DNA of 62,122 bases, counting the filler. It is 15 parts of 15 records of this genome, joined end to end, with 100 filler letters (N's around TTAATTAATTAA, not from the genome) between each part and the next. Parts side by side here need not be neighbours in the genome. Positions count along the whole stretch, not along the records: positions 22,195 to 25,349 come from SRR7504441_70099; positions 25,450 to 29,356 come from SRR7504441_70968; positions 29,457 to 36,152 come from SRR7504441_70976; 12 more parts are not named here. One strand, given 5' to 3'. Positions 22,195 through 34,300 of the stretch are shown here, one piece after another. The notes beneath the pieces were generated by a model. It worked only from the letters and a program-made list of their open reading frames with translations, did not search any database and was not told the origin of the DNA. Position numbers and translations under genes: made by a program. Every line of letters begins with the position of its first letter. The stretch's first letter is position 1.

Positions 22195-25100
22195 GTGTGC
22201 TGCTGCACCTCCGCCGAGCCCAGCTGCGCCCTGATCGCCTCCGGCACTGACAGCTCCAGCAGCACACGTCCGTGCTCCTGCAGGATGGCCTGCTCCTCCG
22301 CCGATGCCAAGTACACCTGCTCACTCGAGTCCACACATCCAAACTTGCCCACGCTCCCGTCCGACAAAGGCACCAGCGGCGCGCCCGCCAGCTCGCCCAC
22401 TGCCTCGCTGTCAGACAGACACAGCTCCAACAATGCATACAGCTGTCCCCGGTCCTCAAGCGCCGTGTGCTCTATCCCAGGCTTCTTCAGCCACTGCAGC
22501 ACCCAGCTCCCCGTCAGCTGCTGCACCGGCGCCACCAGCTCGCGAAACATCCCCGCCACAAACCCTGGTGGGCTCACTATAGGCATCTGCTCCGCCAGCA
22601 GCGCTTCCTTCAGCGCGCCCTCCTGCTGGGCAGCGCTAGCAGGATCCACAAACACCGCATCCTGTGGCGCCACCACTCCGCCCCCCGCTGCCTCCAGGAA
22701 CAGCACCGCGCTCCCATACAGCCGCTGATACACCTGCTCAACCACTATCGACCACGGATCGGCCACTTGCTTGGCCGGCCACAGCCTGTAGTACTCCTCT
22801 CTGTCTATTGCCATTTCCGCAGCCGCCTGCAGCACCCGTGCGTATGTCTCGCTCACCACGTCCATCAGCAGCGCCCGGTTCCAGTCCGAGCGCAGCTTGC
22901 CATCCCCAGCCATGTCGTCCCCGATCCAGATGTCCCGTCGGTTGGCGCTCAGCTCAAAGTAGCCATTCACGTGCACCGGCAGCCCTGTGTACGCCGGCAG
23001 CGGCAGGAAGCAGAACGCCCGGCCTGTAATCTGAGGTGGCTCGTTTGCCTGCTGGACAGTAAGTCGAGCGGCCACTCCTGCCCATGGAATGAAGTTCATT
23101 CGCCGGCCATCGTCGCAAGTGGCCAGTTCATGAGCCATCCCTGACCCAATGCTGTCGCACACCACCCAGGTTTCCTTGCTGCTGCTACCATCGGACGCCT
23201 GGCCTGTGATCTCCAGCATCTGTCCCAACTCAGGTCAGCACACACAGGCTTATGCAACGCAGCTCACCCAGCTCGAGCGTGGCAGCTGCGGCTCGGCAGT
23301 GCTGCACAGCCGCGACTGAAATGCGTTGAGTGTAATAGGGTGCTCGGGTGTGCCTGTGACAAAGGTTGTGACAGCCTGCTGGGCTTGCTTGAAGTTTTCG
23401 CCAATGCCAGATGCCGCGGCGCTATACAAAAGCTGCATCTCTGAGCTTGGACCATCCTTTGTATAAACATCAAACTGCTTAACTCCACGCAGAAACAGCA
23501 AAGTCTGGGGTGCAAACGAGATAAACGACTTCAAAAGTGCATCGAGCGACTCCTCAGAGTACCGCTCATTCTTGATCTCCGAGAGCGGCGCAGTCACATG
23601 CGATCGAAGTGGAAATCGGAACAGCGTCCCGTTGAAATGATTCCGAAAGTCGCACCCAAACAGTTGATACGGAGCAAACTGGTCAGGGAACTGGTCCGCC
23701 ATGTTTTGATTTGTAAATTGAATCCGCAGCCCTGGCTGCTGGGGTGTCGCACCAGGGAGGTATGCAGTGTGCGGATCTGGCAACAGAGCAATCAGTTGCC
23801 CGCACACAGACCAAGCAAGGCGCACCAAATACGACCAAGTAATCGCCAGAAACAAAGCTCGGGCAATCTGTGAAGTGATACACTGCATTGAAGCCCAGCC
23901 CGAATCGCCCAGTAGTATTCAGCTTGTCCAACTTGCTGCCCTGTCCAATTTTCGCCAGATTCTTGAAGTCTACCAAACGCCAAATCAACCAGAGCAAGCA
24001 TGCGGGCGACTCACCCCTGTCAGAGAACTTGCTGTCGTTGTACACGTAGAGCGCTGGTCCCTGCCACTCAGCCATCTTGGCGCTCATGATCGACGTGGTC
24101 CCGTAGTGGCCCTTGTCGAACAAGATTGACACCTTGGATGCACCGGCATCATCAGCATTCTGGATCATTTCGTTTATAATCCCTGGGCCGTCAGGGTACA
24201 TCTCAAGCACACTCCGGAGCCTGCTGGTGAGAGACTCTGACTGGCCGTAAGCCTCCATGCCGTCCAGTTCGAGCCCAATCGCATTCGACCCCATGTCTAA
24301 CAGCATTCTCCGCCTCGAGCGTGCCCCAAGCTTTGCAGCAACCGCATTGGAGATATGTGCATGTACAAACGCACAGCTGGTGTTTGATTGGCCTGGCGCG
24401 TTCCCCATCCAAGGTGCATCGTCGTACACGAGATCAGATGCAAGCATCAGCATGCCGTGCGCATCTGGTATGAATGGCACCTCGTTCAGGATTGAATCAG
24501 CCAGCACTTGCACCAAAGTCAACGCAGTCCGGAGCAACTCCGCCGGAAGCTCTTGATCAGCGTAGTCGTCAGACATCGAGGCCAGCACATTAGCATAATC
24601 GGTTGCCACAAACTTGTCCCGAACGCCAATTTCGGTGAACAATCGCTGAAACGGGAGAAGCGCGGCAGGAAGATTCCACAAATACGGCTGCGCATCGATA
24701 GATCGCTGGAACGACACGTTGGAAGGCTTGACGAATCGAGTATCGTCTACCAGTACGCTGTTCGAAGCTGCTAGCTCAGCTTTGCAGGTAGTGAACTCTT
24801 GGCTTGGAATCGACCTCGAAATCAGTTGGTAAATCGCTGGTACTGTTGTTGCCAGTTTGTCCCTGAGCACATCCTGGTCTTCAGTGGTGTTTGAAAGCAG
24901 TTTGCTGTAGGCAGCCAGCTGGCTGCACAGGGCAGAGAGAGGGATCTCACGATCCCATCCCAGCAGCTGGCGCAGATGCATCGACCTCACCTCGCCATCG
25001 AGTAGGTTCATTGAGTGCGATACAAGCCACATATCCTCCTGTGGCCGTGTCATCAGCGCAGCTCCAAATGGCGGACAGTCGGCCAGTCGGTCTGCATCCC

Positions 25101-25349
25101 ATGGCAGTCCTTGTTCTGGGGGTTCAGCCAACACAGGCAGCCACATCAGCCCAGAGATGAGCGAGCCGAAGTCATCGACCTCATGAGGCTTCGCAATCGT
25201 GCCCGAGTGCAGGTCCAAGTAGCGAAGCAAGTTCTTTGAACGTCCCACTGCCTGAGATTTGGTCTCTTCTGTGCCCCAGAGCTTCGTGACCGACTGGGCT
25301 GCTGCAACTGCGCCTGTCACGTCAAGCGAGGTGCGCAGCCCCAGCTGGG
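22195..25349 (-). CDS. SACS: Sacsin-like protein, internal fragment
   Basis: YGQSESLTSRL, EMIQNADDAGA, GRFGLGFNAVYHFTD, GTLFRFPLR and FCFLPLP..GLPVHVNGYFELSANRR. Three introns of 45, 49 and 48 nt. Confidence 0.9.
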
Positions 25350-25449
25350 NNNNNNNNNNNNNNNNNNNNNNNNNNNNNNNNNNNNNNNNNNNNTTAATTA
25401 ATTAANNNNNNNNNNNNNNNNNNNNNNNNNNNNNNNNNNNNNNNNNNNN

Positions 25450-28400
25450 GAATGGCTGGTTGGAAATATTGATCATGATGTCGCCACAAAACGGACACTC
25501 GTTTGCGATCAGCTTGTCCAATTCAGCTTTGAGCGCCTGCCGGAGCTTTGTGCTAACATTTGCAGGCTTGCGCTGCTTCTGCTGCTTGCGCTTCTCACTA
25601 TTTATCTTCTTTTGCAGCTCGTCAATCCGATCCACAACTCGTTGCGGTGCATGCCGCTTGACCTCTGTGGCAAGACAGTCGTCGTGGAACACGTGCTGGC
25701 ATGGGAACAGATAGAACTGGCGTATTAGCGTCGGCTGGCCACACAAATCGCACTGCTGGTCGGATGCTACAAATCCGTAACGGTTTCTCAAATCGCGGAT
25801 GTCGTTCTGAATTGTCTCAGCCGAGCGGGTTGCCTCCTGCATCTCGTGCTGGAGCTCTTCGATGGACGAGTTGAAGTGCTCCAAAGAGTCGCAAATCTCC
25901 TGCCAGCCACCAGCGTTCGACAGGTGGCCTAGGCGCGAGGCCACCTCTTTGAAGTCGTCAATGTGTGTGTCCTCTGGGAAGAAAGGCAAAATGTCTTCGA
26001 TCTTCACTAGCTCGCACTGTCGTACAAACTGCGCCCCCCTTGCTCAAGCCTAGGCCTACGACTGCGCACCTTGATGGCCGAGCGGATATCTGTGATGGCA
26101 AATTCAGCGGGAGGGTGCCCGTTCGCAACTGTTGCCCACCCAGTCAACGTCCGCCCGTGGACAGCCGTACGAGTTGTGGTGGCAGCGGCTGGATTGGGTA
26201 CGTCCTCTCCAGCAGGCAGCTCCTCAGCACTCGAATCGGTCAAGGGCTCCGCACTACTGCCACACTTGCTGAAGACATGCTCGGCTATACGCAGCCAAAG
26301 CTTCTTGCGCCGATGCAGCGCCTCCTCCTCCGCAGTGGCTGCACGGCCACCACTCAACAGGCCAGGTCGGCAAGGGCTTGCCTTGTGCCAGCTGCATCGG
26401 TGCCAGGGCATCGGTGCCGGCAGCATCCGCATTGAGCTTGGCAAGGTACAAATTGCCCCATTCTAGCGCCAAATCCACAGCCTCCTCGTACATGCCCATG
26501 TAGTTGTAGACCTGGATCGCGGCCTCGGTCTTCTTCAATGGGATACACAGCCGCAGAGCGTGCTTCAAGTCGTAATGCTTGACTTCCACTCGAAGGAACT
26601 GGAGCAGCTTGGCCTCGGAGGTCTCTGAGGCATACAAGGACAGCAAGTAGTTGTGGATCACCGGGTCGGTGTTCCCAAATTCCGTTACACAGTGCTGCAG
26701 GTACCGAATCGCCTGATTCTCGCTGATGTTGGGCGGGTTGAGGCTCACGTTATACCTGCACCAGAAGGTAAAGCCGCGCAGCTGGCCTGCTCACCGCATG
26801 GTGGCCGGGATCAGCCGGCGCGGGTCCAACATCTTCATCTGCATCCACGCATCCACAGCCAGCACTGGTTCGTGTCTCATCAGCTGGGGCGAGTGCCGGT
26901 ACACCAGCTCTGGATCGTCCTGCTGACAGAGGCACACCAGCGCCGACTGCCAGTCCTTGCGCTCCATGTGGTACTTGATCACCCTCACATGATCGCCCAG
27001 CAGCGTTGCAAAGAATAGAAAGTCCTCCATCCGGCCGTGCGACGAGATGAGTTTGAACGTAGTGGCTGGGTCCATGTCGTCCTTGTACTGCTCCATGAAC
27101 CCGCGGAACTCGTCCAGCAGCCGATTCACCTCGGCGTCAGGCCCGCCTGTCGTTTCTACGTCCCCAAAATGCATCTGCTCAGCTGCGGGCTCAGCTGCGT
27201 CCCCTGACTCAGAGTTTGCAGCCGGCTCGGCCTGAGGACTCAGATCGCCCCCGTTCACCTGCTGAGACATGATCAGCGCCCGGCCGGGCATTGTCGGACA
27301 CCTTGATCACGTGCGTGCGCTGACAGCAGCGGTTGAGCCTTTCGAGCTGGATCTCCGTCAGCCAAGTGATCAGCAACATCCGCTGCGCCCGCGCATTCGG
27401 TCTGAGCGTTTCTAATTTCTTCATCAGGAAGGTCTGGAGTGCCAGCCGTTCGTTCCTATTCACGAAAGAGAGCACAACCTCCTCGAACGACTTGTTAGTC
27501 TGCGCAAAGATGTTGGCCGCCCTCTCGAAATCGCCGTTATCAAAAAAGTGCTCCGCCTGCGCTGTGAGCACGGTGTCGCGCTGCGAGGCCGTATGGCAGA
27601 ACTCTAGAGATGTTTCAAATGACTGCTCGGCCAGGTAGAGCCGCCACATGTCGCGGTCCTCCCCGTCGATAAGCACCTGGGTCGCCCTGCTCACCCCAGC
27701 ACCGCCAGGCCCTCGCCTCTAGTATAGTCGAGTCTGAGTAGATCCAGACCGTATGTTTCACCGGGTCTCTCACCAGCCCGCGGAGCCTACCGACCAGCCG
27801 CGAAGCCCCGAAACTCTTCTGATACACTGTCTCCCTGCTGAGCTTGTTGAGCACTCGGATGTAATCAGGGTACAGCAGCACGAAATGAAACTCAGTTAAA
27901 TTAACTCCGAGCGGCTGCCGGTTCCCGCCCATCGGATCGGCCTCGTGATACGGAATCTGCCATGCCGAGCTCGCCAGGCCCGCCGGGGCGCGCGCACCAG
28001 CGACTGGTTCTGCACAATGTCCTTGGTCGGCCGTTCCCTCTCATCGTTGCAGTCACCAAGCGCCACGTCGCCGTAGCAGATCCCGGATCCAGCCATCCAA
28101 ACAAAGCTGCGCACCCGGTCGGTGCTCATCTTGCGGAACAGGTGCAGCTCAGAGAACGGGATCTCTCCGGGAAGGTCGACAATGTTCAGCGCAAGCTCAG
28201 TCTTAAACATATCGCCCAAGCTCGGGCCGCCCATAAACTGTCCGGCGGGCTCAGCCTGGCCTAGGCGGAGCGAGGCTGGCCTGGTAGTATCGGGTGGAGG
28301 TGGAGATCATCGAGAAGTACATGACTGGAGTCAGCTGCTCTAAATAAATCCCTAACCCCGCACCCTCAGCTGACCGCAGGCAGGGCCCAACCCGCCTGTG

Positions 28401-29274
28401 ATGCCCATCGATACCATGTCAGACAGCGTCACGTCATACACTTGCGTGAGGGTTTTATCCTAGCCCCGGCTTAGCCAGTGGGCGCACAGCACTCACCCGC
28501 CCAGCGTCCATTTCCATGATGAGCTCGTACACCTTCCCGTCCGAAGTGCCTACCAACAGACACTTTGGCGTCCAGGCCACCGCAGAGACCTGCCCGCCCG
28601 ATCGGCCGGGGCTCCTGGTCGGGCAAACCATGAACCCTTTGAGCTTGGACAGCGGCTTTGGCTTGACAGCGGACGCGGCCAAGTAATAAGTCTCACCGTG
28701 GCTGAACGAGATGAGCAGGTGAAGTCCTGGCCCTCGCTCGCAGCCAGTGGCAGGGGCGGTCACCGGATGGGTCAAGGAATATATCGTAGATCGAGTCCTC
28801 AGGCCGGCGAGATATCTCCACCTGGCCTGGATCAGCGCTGAGCTGCTCTGGGCGCAGCACCTCGCGCCAGGATTGGTTCCCTCCTAGGTCGAGCCTGATG
28901 ATATACGAGTTCTCCGTAGCCACCACCAGCGTATGCGACGAGACCTGCGCGCCCTGATCACCCCCCGGCCGGGACTCCTGCTACCGCCACCCGCTTGAAA
29001 GCCCCGAACTCACGGCTGCGCCCCCGAGGTGGGCCAGCGGCCTGGGCCGGCTCACCGGTAGGGGTAGTCCAGCTTGGCCAGCTCGAACACTGGGGCCCGG
29101 TCCTGCTCATCGGTGGTCGCCTCCCCCTGCCCGCCAGGCTGGGCCGCGGCCGGGGCGCGAGGTGGCCTGCTCGTCGTCCTGGTCGCCGGTTGAGACTGTG
29201 TAAGCCTCGGTGTAGAGCTCGGACGGCTGGAACTCGTCGGGCGTGCCCTTGTTCCAGTCGTCCACCAGCGACAT
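25450..29274 (-). CDS. VPS18: Vacuolar protein sorting 18 (HOPS/CORVET), 16 introns, extreme 3' end truncated
   Basis: IFLDPSG|LHLLI, PTRYYQ|F, LTEFHFVLLY, EDRDMWRLYL, KSFEEVVL, KIEDILPFFP, and the RING-H2 CDLC..FPCQHVFH..ECPFCG. Confidence 0.93.
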
Positions 29275-29456
29275 CCCCCCGCTCTACGCCTCCCCCCAGC
29301 CCCACTGCAGGCTCATCCCCTGCGGCGATACGCAGCCGCTGCCTGTGCCACTGGGTNNNNNNNNNNNNNNNNNNNNNNNNNNNNNNNNNNNNNNNNNNNN
29401 TTAATTAATTAANNNNNNNNNNNNNNNNNNNNNNNNNNNNNNNNNNNNNNNNNNNN

Positions 29457-30030
29457 CGCTCGGCCGGGGCTGGCGTGGCTGACCGAGATGCTGGTGGCCT
29501 GGCCCCTCTACATCTCTCACGGGCTCCTGATCCACCTGGCGCTGCACCAACTTGCCGAATGGATGGACTGCGGCCCATTGGAGGCCCTCGGTTGGACGGT
29601 GCTCTCATTCTTGCTGCTGCTGCTAGAGTACAGGATTCTCCTTCGGCTCGACCCGATCTGGGGCTCGCTCTACCGGCGGGTGGTGTGCGCCTGCTCCGCG
29701 GCCACAGCGGTTTCCGTTGCCTGGCTGGTGGCGCTCTGCGCGTCTGAGTCGGTTCAAAGGACGGCGATCAGTTGGTGGGTCAACAACCTTGGAATACCAA
29801 TCCTGTACCTGGCACCGGTTCTGTGGATCTTGCATTGCTCGACAGTGGTTCCTGAGGCTGACGACCAGCCGCTGGCCGGCGATGCACTGGTTCTTGAGAT
29901 CTGCGCCGTGCAGGCCACAGGCACCACCGATGTTTCGGAGCCCACAACTAATGATGATACGAAGCCCACAACTAAGGTCGAGCCCAAGGATCCAGAGCTA
30001 ACGATGGGGGCCGAGCACTTAGCGTTATAA
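29457..30030 (+). CDS. Multi-pass membrane protein, 5'-truncated, family unknown
   Basis: Three to four hydrophobic helices followed by a polar tail and TAA. Confidence 0.5.
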
Positions 30031-30216
30031 CGCTTCGCAGTAGCTTCGCAGGGTATTGGGTCATTTTGTACAACGATCTATATTACATCTATATGGCTGC
30101 ACACGTAACAAAGCTGGGCTTTAGCTGGGTTTTACTAACCTCATTTCAAATCAGATGCAAACTTGTTACAATCATGTATTAATAGCCACTTAGTAGCCCA
30201 CTTAATTAGACTAAAA

Positions 30217-33200
30217 TCAAAGAGTCATGGGGTCCATCGAATCCCTTTGACGTAATTTTTCTTTCAGTAAAGCAACTTCTTCGAGCAATTGCGAATTCTC
30301 CCTTCGCAAAGCGTGATTACTAGCCGCGAGCTCTTCATCGCTAGTCCCCGGTTCCCTCGGAGTCCCAATCGAGATGATGATCCTCCTGCCATCATGCGAA
30401 TCCGACAGCCTAATTTCAGAGATTTGATGCTCCACTTGTTCGCCTCCAAGGTCCCATGTCTCAAGGTGTTTATATATCAGATCAGTCTCGCTTAGGGCGA
30501 GCTGTCTATGCCGCCGCCAATCTGCATTCACCTAAATACACACCCAGTGAGGTTGTCCCAGCACGCGCGGCCTACCTTCCTGGAATCAAACCTGCCTGTC
30601 ATTTCGTGTGGCAACTTCCCAAACTGAGCAGCCCTGCAATTCACGCGTCAGCCGCTGTTTATGTAGCCTCTGTTGATACCAGGAACAGTTGCAGTGCAGA
30701 TATTGGCCATTCTCGTGACGCAATGCCACAGCCACAGGCATCAGCTCTAGTGTCTCCGCAAACAGGAGCAAATTGGCCTCAAGTTCCGCCTGGACCTTGC
30801 TGGTCATGAACGCATTGTCTTCCTTGAAGTATCTGTGCCGGTCGACCTTCTGCTTGATATACCATAGTGGTACATCAGGATACACCCCATCGCTCTTTAA
30901 GACAAGCTCTGGCAGCGTACTGGTAGGACCACCCGTAGCCATCTCACATGGCTCAAACGACGAAGTTCGGTTCAAGTCCACTGACCGCCGTGGCCAGTCC
31001 ATCACTAGTGGTTGCAGCCCCCTGCCCTCGTCCAGAGCCATTACTGACAACATATCAAGCCGCGCCTGGATTGGTCTAAAGACTGAATTGATTTGAGACG
31101 TAGTCTGGAGCGCAGCGGAATCTGGTGTTTCGGGTGTTGGCGTAAGTGCACTTCTCCATGAGTTTGAAGAGCCAGAAGAGCTGAATGGTGGCGACCTTGG
31201 AGGCGTTTTCCCCGGTGCTATGCTGGCTCTGAACGCATCTGCATACTCTCTGATATTGGCCATTTCAACCTTGGTTGCTTCAAGTACAAGCGAGTACATG
31301 CCAATCATGATACTGACTAAGATGTTCACCACAACAATCGAGGTCAGAAAGTTGAACACAAAGAAGTAAATCCGGATAGACTTGCCGTATGAGCTGGCCA
31401 ACACGTGCCCTTCGACGATGCACATCCAGTTATTCACAATCATCCTACAAGACACCACAGATTAGCCACCCAAAGAAAGATCTACGCAGTGCTCACAGCT
31501 CAAAAAGTGTGACCAGCGCTCGCCCATAGTTGTCAAAATTGTTGTCGGCATAAAAGGCATCTGTATATTCGCCAACATAGAGGGCCCTGCTATACTCGGG
31601 GTCGTTCCAATCAACCTGGCTCACAGTGTCCTTCAGAAGCACAATTCCGATGGAAGCAAAGAAGAAATAGAGCGCATAGAGGACCTACAAGGTATCAGCC
31701 CTGAACAAAAGCGGCACCCACCATTGCCCATGGAATCAAGTTCTTTGCCATCCGGAATGTGGCGCTCATCATCCCTTTCATGGCCTTGCTTCGTTGGACA
31801 AATCGAAGCACACGAATGATGCGGACCAGTCCGACTAGTGAGCCGTAGTAGGTGTCCTGTTCCTCGGTAGAACAATCCGCTGCGGCAAGATGAGTGCATT
31901 GAATTGAAAAGAAGGTAAAAACAATCGCAACCACGTCTACACAGCATGAAAACTGAAAAATATAATTGGTATACCCTCGGACCCTGTATTGCCATTCTGC
32001 ACCGAGCCACCACACGTACACCTTCTTCTTCATGTACGCTATGAAAAGAATAACAGCTTCGACCGTGAATATCAATGCAGCAAACAAATCGATATCCTCG
32101 TTTGTCCGGCTGGGTCTCCCATGCCCGGAAGTGAGAACCGTATTCAACAGCTGGATAACCAAGACTGTATCCATGATAGTTGAAAATCGGATGTTCATGA
32201 AGTAAGCGTCGTCAAGCTCAGGTTCCGATACTAGAAACGGATTTTCAAGTTTGATGAAAGGCATGCTTCTGTCGAATTTCAGCCGCTGAAGTAGGCCTGG
32301 TAGCCCTGCATGGTGAATCGTTTTGGTGTTCATTGGCCAAATTCTGACGAGAACACCATGGAACATCATATTCTTAATCCTAGGAAACACCGGCTCGTCT
32401 TCGGGTTTGGGGAATTCCGCTCTCTCAAAAGGGCATGTCGCAATATCAACCAGCCTAAGATACTCGCAGAGCTCAATCGAGCCATCGTTCGAGACATCCA
32501 GAATGCTAAACCAGAGCTTTGCCTCCTCGTGGTCAAACTTGTGTGAGGGCGGATGGCGCCAGCACGACAGTCTGCCTATCACTCCGCGATCCTTGTGACG
32601 GTAGCACGGCTGCCACGGAGAGGGGAAGGCAAGTTCAGAGCACATGGCGGTAAAGGCAGTGCCGTTACATCTTGGCTCTTCCTCTAGCGTATCAGAAGTG
32701 TCACGTTTATCGATATGAACGACAGAATCACCAAGACTCGAGTGCCGTTGGCCTCTGATCAACCACCGAAAGGACTCCTGCAAGATGACCCTCCGGGTGC
32801 TCTCCAGGTGGTCGTACGATCGCTTCATCAGGTCGCCATACTCCGACTGAATCACAGCCAATACCACATTCAACAGAAAATAAAAGTTGATAGTCATGAA
32901 GCTGATGAACGGCAGGCATGAGGCAGGAGAAATGGCGTAGTTTGGCATCATCACCTGCATTCAGCAGTAAGGCACTGCCGTGGAAGGCACACCCACATCC
33001 GGAAAATTGGCTGTTGTGAGACACACGTAGAGGTTCCACACTGCGTCGAATGGCTCATCAAAGTACATGTGTCGTTTCATCTCGAGCACTTCGAAAAGCA
33101 CGAAATGGATGAGAAAGAAGTGCCCCAAGAAAGAGATGACCATCAGCCCAAAGATGTCGCCCATGCTGAACAGCATCCTGAATGAGTTGTACCCAAACGG

Positions 33201-34126
33201 CCGGAGCCGGTAATTCAGATAAAACATGCAGTATATCCGGAGGACGCCGGTGTGCAGATGGTAGTCCTTGCGTCCATCGTGCTGTTGCACCTCAAAGATC
33301 ATCATTTCGACCAGCATCCAGATCACTGACAGCAAGAATACTAAGTCGAGCCTGACCTCCATGCAATTGAGCATCGCCTGCTTGAACCGGCCGGCCCTGA
33401 TTATGTGTGGCCATGTAGACCGCAGTTTCATGTATGCTACGGCCGAGTAAATTAAGAGTACGGCGCTGTTCAGCACGGGAGCCACCCACGAGCTGGTCTC
33501 AATTGTCTGCGGCTCGCAAATGAAGTACATAGACATCTGAAACAGCGGGACGTAGTTCAGACCCACCCGCACATGGCCGTTGGCGAGCAGCTTGGCATAC
33601 ATCAGCGAGTAAGCGTCGGTCCCCCAGCAGCACTGCAGCTCCTGCCTCCCCGATGGCGCCGGCCTCCGCCAGCCGAGCCACCATTTGGCCGATGCTGTCA
33701 AAGCTGTGATTGGCCAGTACTTCCATCCCACAGCACGGCCCCTCCTCGCTGCTCAGATACTGCCCCGCACTCAGCCCCGCCCCGCCCGTCCTCGCACGTA
33801 GTATTTGTCCAGGCTCCGGATCGCATTCCGAGCGTGAAAGGCTGCAATTCCGATCCTGGCCCGCCCGGCATCCCGCCGGCCCGCGGGGCACGCCGCACTT
33901 ATCGAAGTCCAGGTTGGTGCGCTGCTCGGCGTCCGACTGCACACGGAAGTCCGACGGCAGCTCCGGCAGGCTCGGCAGGCCTGGCATCAGCTCCAGGCGA
34001 TGTGCCGGCTCCTGTTCTTCGCCTTCCAGCAGTGGCGCGCTGGGGGGCAGCTGCTCAGATTGGCGCTGGGCGGTGCAGCCACCTGGCCGTGTGGAGGAAC
34101 CCCTCCCCAAGGTCCAGCTTTGCCAT
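30217..34126 (-). CDS. TPC: Two-pore channel (TPC), about 9 introns
   Basis: Filter I LTTANFPD|VMMP, filter II LFEL|MIVNNW, linker EF-hand DVSNDGSIELCE, S4 LVRIIRVLRF, and a C-terminal coiled coil. Confidence 0.88.
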
Positions 34127-34300
34127 CCTGTCGCCGCAGGCCTGCGGGATGGGTCAGGCCAGCGCCGGGCCGAGTGAGTACCTTGCGGCAGAGCTTGCAC
34201 CAGCGGCCGGCCCGGCAGGGCGCACGGCCTCTCGCCCAGCGGGGGACACTCTGGTGACCGCCCAGGTGGCCGGTGCTGCTCTCCACAACCGACTCGGAAG

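Noticed and set aside
25900-29166. Introns as an introner or transposon family
   Set aside because: Lengths are uniform, but I see no shared internal sequence, terminal inverted repeats or consistent target duplications among them.
32955-32996. Second in-frame TGA between abutting ORFs in the channel gene
   Set aside because: A 42-nt GT-AG intron; removing it restores the conserved TTANFPD-VMMP.
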